A stretch of DNA of 34,233 nt from a virus (taxonomy: Duplodnaviria > Caudoviricetes), in IMG/VR virus record IMGVR_UViG_3300027756_000030, positions 1-34,233 of that record; one strand, 5' to 3'. Within the stretch, counting starts at the first letter, position 1, and each line of letters opens with the position of its first letter. The position numbers and the translations under genes are program-made. Under the pieces are notes generated by a model. It was not told where the DNA came from and made no database searches. It was given only the letters and a program-made list of their open reading frames with translations. This document shows positions 7,864 to 14,570 of the stretch, in pieces.

Positions 7864-8019
7864 GTTTGTGTTGAATGCCCACCCTCCCATTCAACCCTAA
7901 AGGGTTATATATAAAAGAGAGACGACACGCCGAGAGCCTGGCATCCCAGACTTTTACCTGGATGGCCGTACCTTTGTCTCAGTGGCAAAGCGCCACGTTT
8001 TTTCCTGATAGGAGAAGTT
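7864..8019 (+). promoter_or_regulatory. conserved upstream element copy 7
   Basis: GTTTGTGTTG 7864; AACCC-taaa-GGGTT; CGACACGCC 7923; -10 TACCTT 7969; hairpin 7982-7996; CTGATAGGAG 8005. Confidence 0.85.
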
Positions 8020-8556
8020 ATGTACAAAGTTAAGTATTACGTCACCGACGTAGAAGGTAATGAAGTAGAGAGTGCAACGACTTATACCAATGAAGATTTT
8101 GAGAGTTATGTCGCTGCTGCTGAATGGTTAGAAGGAGAGAGTGACTGGTTCGTAGAGGCCTGCACTATCGATACTAAGAACAATGCGGAGTGCGTAGAAG
8201 TTGCTGATGAGTTATCAGTAGTTCGTATCGCTCCCCGCGGAGAGAATGATCCAATAGAAGAGATTCCACTACTGGCTGGTATCGAGATCGAGACCGCCAT
8301 ACAAACCGTTACGGAGTATCGCAATGATTTCCACTTTAGATTCGAAGGCCACGACTACCAATGGACCCAGTTCGTTGGCGAGCGCGGGGTCGTCGAATAC
8401 TGGAAGAAGGATGGTATCCAGTTTGAAGGTGGTGATGAGGGTGTCATATACGACATCTTCGGGGAAGATATCTCTGACGTCTTCAATAACAACCTCGGTA
8501 TCCACTGTAACCACACATTCCGCCAGGAATGCCGTCGCTGTGGAAAGGAGGGATGA
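8020..8556 (+). CDS. highly acidic hypothetical protein with C-terminal Cys/His cluster
   Basis: 178 aa, D/E-rich, ends HCNH...CRRC. Confidence 0.85.
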   Translation: MYKVKYYVTDVEGNEVESATTYTNEDFESYVAAAEWLEGESDWFVEACTIDTKNNAECVEVADELSVVRIAPRGENDPIEEIPLLAGIEIETAIQTVTEYRNDFHFRFEGHDYQWTQFVGERGVVEYWKKDGIQFEGGDEGVIYDIFGEDISDVFNNNLGIHCNHTFRQECRRCGKEG

Positions 8557-8777
8557 TGGAGAAGGATCCAATGCTTGAAACGTATTACTCGTGCGACCTT
8601 GCTATCTCTATTACAAGTATCAAGGCCAAGAATAAACATCACGCGGAAGCCGCTATGCAGACCTTTATAGATGAGATCGGCAAAATTATGGTGGATGAAG
8701 TTAGTTGGGACGATGCCCAATGGGACATCATAACGAACACTTATGTACCTGAATATGAGAGTTGGGTAGAGGAATGA
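8553..8777 (+). CDS. acidic hypothetical protein
   Basis: Start ATG 8553 after AAAGGAGG; ATGA overlap. Confidence 0.75.
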   Translation: MMEKDPMLETYYSCDLAISITSIKAKNKHHAEAAMQTFIDEIGKIMVDEVSWDDAQWDIITNTYVPEYESWVEE

Positions 8778-8887
8778 GCGCTCAGTGCCCCTGGTGCGGA
8801 GATCCATATGAGGCAAGAGCCTGGGATCCCCCACATAATTGCAAAAATGAGTATGATGTGAACCTAAACGAAGGGATAGAGGAATGA
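8774..8887 (+). CDS. 37-aa Cys/His peptide
   Basis: MSAQCPWCGDPYEARAWDPPHNC...; ATGA overlaps at both ends. Confidence 0.65.
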   Translation: MSAQCPWCGDPYEARAWDPPHNCKNEYDVNLNEGIEE

Positions 8888-9141
8888 CACTTAAAGTAGT
8901 ACCTGATCAATTAGAGAGAGGCCTACGTGGCACTCACTTACAAAACGGAGCGCTGTGTATAGCTGTAGCTCCTCATAGATATGATGGAGAGTTCGTTGTA
9001 TTAGCTTTCCGCGATCACCCAGTGGATCCATATGTAGTGTGGTATTCGGACTCAGCTGGCAATTGCTGGCAGGGTGACTACTGCACAAGCTTGATGTATG
9101 CCTCTGCACGCTTTTTTGAGAGAGCGGGGGTGAGTGCGTGA
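8884..9141 (+). CDS. hypothetical protein
   Basis: 85 aa, coupled ORF; PYVVW...GDY. Confidence 0.75.
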   Translation: MTLKVVPDQLERGLRGTHLQNGALCIAVAPHRYDGEFVVLAFRDHPVDPYVVWYSDSAGNCWQGDYCTSLMYASARFFERAGVSA

Positions 9142-9467
9142 CCATCCAAAACAAGGCTATGACCGATGAGAGTATCAGCTGGGGAGAGCTAGCTGAGCTC
9201 ACACACGTTACCCAGGTAGAGAGATTCGGCTTTTGTATGTGCGAAGATGCACCCAAGGCCTATTCAGACTGCCCGCGCAAGAGATCCGAGATCGACGACC
9301 TGGTCGATAGCTATGTAAACACGCTAAAAGATGGCCAAGACGGCCACGACGGTCAAGCTTTGGACCTGGTTCAACAAATAATAGCTATGGGAGGCGAAGA
9401 AGCCACCGATGGTGAATGTTTGGACCTGATCCTGGAAGTATTGACTGAATGGAAGAGATACTACTAG
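9138..9467 (+). CDS. acidic hypothetical protein
   Basis: 109 aa; GTGA overlap. Confidence 0.75.
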   Translation: MTIQNKAMTDESISWGELAELTHVTQVERFGFCMCEDAPKAYSDCPRKRSEIDDLVDSYVNTLKDGQDGHDGQALDLVQQIIAMGGEEATDGECLDLILEVLTEWKRYY

Positions 9468-9476
9468 TCTAATCTT

Positions 9477-9515
9477 CTCGCCCCAGCTGCGACCTATCAC
9501 GCGGCTGGGCGCGAG
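9477..9515 (+). terminator. hairpin ending operon 7 (no U-tract)
   Basis: CCCAGCTGCG-acctatca-CGCGGCTGGG with an outer CTCGC/GCGAG stem. Confidence 0.55.
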
Positions 9516-9549
9516 CTCACAGCTTTGTCGGCATTTTGCCGGCAAAATT

Positions 9550-9967
9550 GTTTGTGTTGGCCCACCCACCCCATTTAATGGGAATATATATAGCTTGAGA
9601 GAGGAGTGTGAGAGAGAACACAGCTGACAATGCTTGACAAAGCTGGACCGGCCGTGATAGCCGGCTAAGTAGCAATTGTCGACAAAGCTACTTATCGATT
9701 CCGGCTACTGCCAAAAGTCGACAAAGCGACACTGCGGATATGGCCAGATTTACAGCTATTCAGCTGAGAGAGCTATCTGATAGGAGAGAGTTGCCAGGAG
9801 AGAGAGAGAGTAGCTCCGACACGCCGAGAGAGAGATCTATCCTAGATACTAGGAATATGGGTAGTCGGAGGGTATTGTCTCCCTTGTAAGCCATAGGTAT
9901 CTATATGCCTATCCAGTAATCGATATACGATTACCGCGAAATTAGCTTACAGATAGAAGATATACCA
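9550..9967 (+). promoter_or_regulatory. conserved upstream element copy 8 (expanded)
   Basis: GTTTGTGTTG 9550; CCCAT-tta-ATGGG; about 200-nt insert; CTGATAGGAG 9777; CGACACGCC 9817; -10 TATTGT 9873; branched leader 9885-9951. Confidence 0.75.
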
Positions 9968-10144
9968 ATGATAAAAGAGGTTGAGCTCCCTAAGCTTAAT
10001 GCTAGAAAGAAAGTAGCTACCTGCCTAGTAGATAGCACTACTAATGAAGTACTTGTCTATGCAGAATTAACTCCAGCATCTACCAAGCGATTCATCAAGG
10101 AATACGCTATTTATGGTATCTATGCAGAAGTGAAGGTAGCGTAA
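9968..10144 (+). CDS. 58-aa hypothetical protein
   Basis: MIKEVELPKLNARKK...; TAATG coupling to the next gene. Confidence 0.7.
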   Translation: MIKEVELPKLNARKKVATCLVDSTTNEVLVYAELTPASTKRFIKEYAIYGIYAEVKVA

Positions 10145-10731
10145 TGACTACCGCCGAGTTGACCCTATATAAGGGCTACACAATTGCAATTGATTACGAT
10201 TCTGATCCATCCAACCCCCGCGAGTGGGATAACTTAGGCCATATGGTTTGTTTCCATAATCGCTATGCGCTGGGTGATTCATTCCGTATCGATAATCAAG
10301 ACTTACATTCATGGCCTGAGATGCACGACCATATTAAGTCCGAGATGGATGGAGTAATCATCCTTCCGCTATATCTTTATGACCATTCAGGTATCTCCAT
10401 CAAGGTTGGCTCATGGAATGGCATAGTCCAGCATGCAGGTTGGGATAGTGGGCAGGTTGGGTTTATCTATGTAACCCAAGCCGACCTCGACCGCGAAGGT
10501 ATTACCGACCTTGAACAAGCCGAAGCCCTATTGCGTGGCGAAGTCAAGACTTACGATAAGTATCTAACTGGAGGTTTCTATACCTACCGCATTACCAAAG
10601 AGTCTAAGTGTGAAGCTTGTAATCACACCTCGGAAAATTTTGAGGACTCCGTGGGTGGATGGGAAGAGGCGGACGATGCTATGAGTGAAGCAATGCAAGT
10701 AATTGACTATCTAAGTGGGGAGCGTATCTAA
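10144..10731 (+). CDS. conserved phage/mobile-element protein of unknown function
   Basis: NPREWDNLG, LPLYLYDHSG, WDSGQVGFIY, EVKTYDKYLTG motifs. Confidence 0.85.
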   Translation: MTTAELTLYKGYTIAIDYDSDPSNPREWDNLGHMVCFHNRYALGDSFRIDNQDLHSWPEMHDHIKSEMDGVIILPLYLYDHSGISIKVGSWNGIVQHAGWDSGQVGFIYVTQADLDREGITDLEQAEALLRGEVKTYDKYLTGGFYTYRITKESKCEACNHTSENFEDSVGGWEEADDAMSEAMQVIDYLSGERI

Positions 10732-10889
10732 TGAAGTACACAATAACCGCCGAAGTCGACCAACAATGGTTCGATATGCTAGGCCAGCTAACCCGTCACC
10801 AACCTGGGTTCGTATGGCTAACCGTAGAGCCCGAGGACCGTGTTATCAGAATAGATAGCAACGGCAATAAGTTTTTAGGAGATAACTAA
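10731..10889 (+). CDS. 52-aa hypothetical protein
   Basis: MKYTITAEVDQQWF...; TAATG overlaps at both ends. Confidence 0.7.
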   Translation: MKYTITAEVDQQWFDMLGQLTRHQPGFVWLTVEPEDRVIRIDSNGNKFLGDN

Positions 10890-11236
10890 TGACCGAGATG
10901 ACTAGCGTTCAGCAAGATTATGCCGAGTTTGCCGCACAATGGACGGCATCCCTTGTGCCTAAAGATATTGAAGGGGCTAAGTTGTATCACCTCAAAGCCC
11001 TAAAGATGTTTGAGACTGCAAGAGGCGTGACGTGGAAGGCCAGTATCTATGCCAACCGCACCCGCATCGGCCAAGTAAGTAATGACGGCAATGGTGGATG
11101 TAACTTCTATGTATTCAATACGCTTGTATTGCAGGATCAGTTTGAAAGCTTCGTTGCAGATAACTATCCTACGACTGTATATGACCGCCAAGATCACTTC
11201 ATCGAGTATCTAATAGATAGAGATGGGTTGGGATAA
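10889..11236 (+). CDS. hypothetical protein
   Basis: 115 aa, VSNDGNGG motif; AGGAG RBS. Confidence 0.8.
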   Translation: MTEMTSVQQDYAEFAAQWTASLVPKDIEGAKLYHLKALKMFETARGVTWKASIYANRTRIGQVSNDGNGGCNFYVFNTLVLQDQFESFVADNYPTTVYDRQDHFIEYLIDRDGLG

Positions 11237-11448
11237 TGCGGACTGAGCATCACTTTATAGTCAAGTACATATCCGGCATGGGCTGGGTATGGGATATTGC
11301 CTTGGAAGAGGCTAGGTTTCCGGAAGGCACAGTATGGACCGGAGATGGGTGGGTTGTCTCTGATATCTCACCGAGTATAGTAAAGGCTGACCGCGAAGTC
11401 TGCGACCAGCTATTGAGATCACTAGACGTAATGAATGGAGACTTCTAA
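11236..11448 (+). CDS. hypothetical protein
   Basis: 70 aa, TAATG coupled. Confidence 0.75.
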   Translation: MRTEHHFIVKYISGMGWVWDIALEEARFPEGTVWTGDGWVVSDISPSIVKADREVCDQLLRSLDVMNGDF

Positions 11449-11627
11449 TGAAGATAACCGCAAGCGCAAGTATCACTTATGACACAGATGATGTACTATC
11501 TGAGTTACAACGGGACTATCCGGAAGATAGTTTTGATGAAAAGTATGCCAAAGAAATGATTCATGGTTGGATCCGTGATGATTTTGGTGGTTTACTTATT
11601 GAATACACAACAATAGAAGAGAGCTAA
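11448..11627 (+). CDS. 59-aa acidic protein
   Basis: MKITASASITYDTDD...; GGAG RBS, TAATG overlap. Confidence 0.7.
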   Translation: MKITASASITYDTDDVLSELQRDYPEDSFDEKYAKEMIHGWIRDDFGGLLIEYTTIEES

Positions 11628-11628
11628 G

Positions 11629-11913
11629 ATGGCAAAGAAAGTTAACTATACCTTTAGTGCAGATCTAACAAAGAACACTGAAAAGGGTGGGGCATGGATT
11701 GGGCATTTCGTTATTCGTGATGATCAAGAGAGTGCACCCAAAGGTCAATTCAAAGCATGGGCTAACGCCTCGGCCGGCAAGCGTTGGTTAAAGGCTATGG
11801 CCGCTGAGCACACACCTCGCAAAAGTGTAAAGCTTGAAGCAGGAGAGACGTTGGATGAGAAAGGTAAGCCAGTATCATTCAAGGGCTCATTTAATTATAA
11901 AGGAGAGGCGTAA
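11629..11913 (+). CDS. basic hypothetical protein
   Basis: 94 aa, AWANASAGKRW. Confidence 0.8.
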   Translation: MAKKVNYTFSADLTKNTEKGGAWIGHFVIRDDQESAPKGQFKAWANASAGKRWLKAMAAEHTPRKSVKLEAGETLDEKGKPVSFKGSFNYKGEA

Positions 11914-12074
11914 TGGATATTCTGCCTGATCCAATAATTGAACCCGTCTTCCCCAGCATCCGTAGAGAAGATATTGATGAAGATGAAGATGATGATTTCG
12001 AGATTGAAGAAGATGATGGTGATTACGATAAGCATGCCCTTGACGAGACACGTTTTGGGTTCCAACAAGATTAA
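11913..12074 (+). CDS. 53-aa extremely acidic peptide
   Basis: ...EDIDEDEDDDFEIEEDDGDYD...; AAAGGAG RBS, TAATG overlap. Confidence 0.65.
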   Translation: MDILPDPIIEPVFPSIRREDIDEDEDDDFEIEEDDGDYDKHALDETRFGFQQD

Positions 12075-12083
12075 GGAAGAGAC

Positions 12084-12287
12084 ATGGTAGCTGGAGACTT
12101 TTTAGGACCCTCAATTTATTTGGGCATTATGGCAATAATTGGAGTCTTTGTTCGCCCTCATTGGAAGAACATGGATAACTTTACAAAGACTGTCGTTGGT
12201 TTCTTACCGGCATTGGGAGTTGTGGCATTTTTAGCTTTAATTGTAGGAGTACTTATCGGTTACGATCCGTACCCTATTATTCCGTAA
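12084..12287 (+). CDS. small two-helix membrane protein
   Basis: Two hydrophobic segments; AAGGA RBS. Confidence 0.75.
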   Translation: MVAGDFLGPSIYLGIMAIIGVFVRPHWKNMDNFTKTVVGFLPALGVVAFLALIVGVLIGYDPYPIIP

Positions 12288-12296
12288 TCTTAATTG

Positions 12297-12390
12297 AGCT
12301 ATGAGAGAGTTAAAGCGGTCCTAACCTTTCTTACGCTAAGGATAGTCATGATCGGCTCCTATCAGCCGTAGCTATACCTGCTCTCAAATA
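12297..12390 (+). ncRNA. candidate structured RNA or 3' UTR element with anti-RBS loops
   Basis: TGAGAG 12302/CTCTCA 12381 closing stem; TCCT/AGGA stem with CCTTTCT in the loop; CGGCT-cctatc-AGCCG hairpin; possible -10 TAATCT 12285. Folded by eye only. Confidence 0.45.
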
Positions 12391-12391
12391 G

Positions 12392-12424
12392 AAAAAGCCC
12401 CCTGCATACTCACAGGGGGCTTTT
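12392..12424. terminator. bidirectional intrinsic terminator
   Basis: AAAAAGCCCCCTG-catactca-CAGGGGGCTTTT between convergent blocks. Confidence 0.9.
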
Positions 12425-12432
12425 AGTTTTAA

Positions 12433-14457
12433 CTATGGTTTTGGTACTTCACAGAAGTCTGTACTGCAATACTTCTCACCGATTGCATCAGCGGCCATGC
12501 CGGCGTACACGTCGGTAAAGTCGATTGGCAATAGTTTTAGCTTGTAGTCTTCGTATACTTCCTGAGTTGTCTGCGTGTATGGCATCTGAGGATACACAGC
12601 GTTACCCATTGGCAAGAACGATACAGTCTTTAGCTGGCCATCAAACATATGTAGCACAGTGCCAACCGCATCCTTTTCTTTCTCTGCATCAAACGACACG
12701 GTTACTGAGACTGAGTTGTCTGACCAGTAACGCTGAGCTGTAGCGGCAAGAGATGTCTTCTCATAGATTGAGACGTCCTTCTCTGATCGCTTAGCTTCTG
12801 ATTTAATTGGGAAGAACACTACGCTAGTTGTCTTTGGTGACTCACTGGCCGGCTCAACAATGTAACCGGAAGCTTTAAACAAAGGAAGCATTGGATCTTC
12901 ATTAGCAAAGCGAATAGCTCTCATGAAGTATTCACCGCCCGGTGTCCAGTGTACTCCCGGTGATTCACCGGCTAGGATGGATACGGTTCCAGATGGCTTT
13001 ACAGTTGTGGTCTTGATTGATTCACGGATGCCCAGCCACTCTGAGTAAGTCTTATCGTAAGCTTGTACAGCTGCGTAACCGGAGTCCATCCAGTCACGAA
13101 GGGTAGGTAATCCCACACGATCTGCAAAGTTAGCTACACCGGACATAGAAGTTCCAATACGGCGATTGCGTTGCATGATTGCATTGGTTTCTTCCCAGTG
13201 GGTAGGAAGGAGTGTTACAGTCTTGGCGTATAAATACGCAAACTTTAATGTGCGCTTGAAGTCTTCAAATGAGTCATGTCGATTGAGATATGTTTCTACC
13301 AACGTACAGCACTCAAAGCTTTCAAGTGATTGCTCAGCGCATGGGTTATACCCAGCAGCTCTGTGGTCCTTGTTGTTAATTGGATCAACTAGACGTCCAT
13401 ACTTACGTGTAACGTCCATCCAAAGAACACCCGGCTCACCGTTAAGTGCGATACCTTCTACGATATGGCTAAGGTCATCTCCTACACAAACTTCGACGCT
13501 GTTGTTGCTCATCCAGGCCCAACCTGGGTTCTTAGGGTCATATGAGTTGCGCTCTGGGTATACCTCTGGGTTCTTTAAGTTTAGGAAGTCTTGATCATCA
13601 AGGCGACCCATAAGAAGCTCAGCACTACGGCGGACATTGCCAGATACAACGCACACTCCAATAAGATTGCCAATATCCGCGATGTCTTTACGAGTAAGTT
13701 TTTCACCTGCACGTCCTTTGAAAGTGGTTCTAACATAGTTATGTAGTTTCTCTAATGGTTCGTGGCCTGCGGCGGTTCCGCCAAAGGTTTTAATCGGAGT
13801 ACCAGCTGGCCGGATTTGTGTGTAGTCGAATACTGGGCTCTTCTGATCTGATTTAAGGAAGCTATTGATGACGAGCGCGACTGATTCAACCCAGCCTTCA
13901 CGGGTATCTGGGATGACAATTGGTGCTGTGTCTGGTTCTGGCTCATAGATTGTAAAGTCCTTATCTGCGCCCTTGTCGTCGAAGCCAACTCCCACGCCAA
14001 GCATGGAAGCTTCCATAAGAAATGCAAATGGTTTTGCCGGATCAAGCTTCGTCATAGATGACGTTGATACGAATGAACAGTTCTGTAATGCCGCTGAGTT
14101 CTTCTGCTCATTGACAAGTGGTGTACCCATAACCCAAAGGCCTCGGCCCGGTGGGGTCCATTTTAAGTTAAACAAGCGATCAAATGCCTCTTTAGCTGAA
14201 GCTTGAGCTTTAGCGTCTGACCAAGGTAGTCGCTGAGCTTTTGCATGATCCTTTTGAATTGAGTACATGCCATTGATAACGCGCTCACACACGTCGACCC
14301 AAGTCTCTTTAGTTCCATCTGCCTTTAGACGTGAATAGGTGCGAAGGAAAGTGATCTCTCCTACCGAGTTACCGGCCGCATCCGCATATCCCCAAGGTAC
14401 TTTCTTCTCCTTGTATGCGCCTACAAATTCGTCTGCTAAATGGAACGATAATGACAT
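12433..14457 (-). CDS. nrdJ: class II (adenosylcobalamin-dependent) ribonucleotide reductase
   Basis: RTYSR, PPGRGLW, ALQNC, NVRRSA, NPCAEQ, TVKPSGTVS, C-terminal CSTDFC. Confidence 0.93.
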   Translation of the reverse strand: MSLSFHLADEFVGAYKEKKVPWGYADAAGNSVGEITFLRTYSRLKADGTKETWVDVCERVINGMYSIQKDHAKAQRLPWSDAKAQASAKEAFDRLFNLKWTPPGRGLWVMGTPLVNEQKNSAALQNCSFVSTSSMTKLDPAKPFAFLMEASMLGVGVGFDDKGADKDFTIYEPEPDTAPIVIPDTREGWVESVALVINSFLKSDQKSPVFDYTQIRPAGTPIKTFGGTAAGHEPLEKLHNYVRTTFKGRAGEKLTRKDIADIGNLIGVCVVSGNVRRSAELLMGRLDDQDFLNLKNPEVYPERNSYDPKNPGWAWMSNNSVEVCVGDDLSHIVEGIALNGEPGVLWMDVTRKYGRLVDPINNKDHRAAGYNPCAEQSLESFECCTLVETYLNRHDSFEDFKRTLKFAYLYAKTVTLLPTHWEETNAIMQRNRRIGTSMSGVANFADRVGLPTLRDWMDSGYAAVQAYDKTYSEWLGIRESIKTTTVKPSGTVSILAGESPGVHWTPGGEYFMRAIRFANEDPMLPLFKASGYIVEPASESPKTTSVVFFPIKSEAKRSEKDVSIYEKTSLAATAQRYWSDNSVSVTVSFDAEKEKDAVGTVLHMFDGQLKTVSFLPMGNAVYPQMPYTQTTQEVYEDYKLKLLPIDFTDVYAGMAADAIGEKYCSTDFCEVPKP

Positions 14458-14570
14458 GTGAAGCCTCCCGTGATTGATGGAAATATAGTTTATGTGCCTA
14501 GTACTTGTAGTTCGCCGTGAATGGTCTTACTTGTTATGCTAGCAACCTCTTATATGATAATAGGAAGCTG

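Noticed and set aside
3522-9560. Repeated GTTTGTGTTG elements as a CRISPR array
   Set aside because: Copies are 0.6-1.7 kb apart and separated by genes, only 10 nt are invariant, and no cas operon is present; the Cas4-like gene is in a recombination cluster
9791-9889. 32-aa TTG-start ORF after CTGATAGGAG at 9777
   Set aside because: Runs through GA repeats and the promoter motifs, with no protein-like features
12299-12349. 16-aa minus-strand ORF (MTILSVRKVRTALTLS) behind TGATAGGAG
   Set aside because: It lies just downstream of the terminator on that strand and its RBS is in a hairpin; kept only as an alternative reading of the candidate RNA
2661-12424. Classical integron
   Set aside because: No tyrosine recombinase in the window, no clear RYYYAAC/GTTRRRY attC pairs, and each unit has its own promoter
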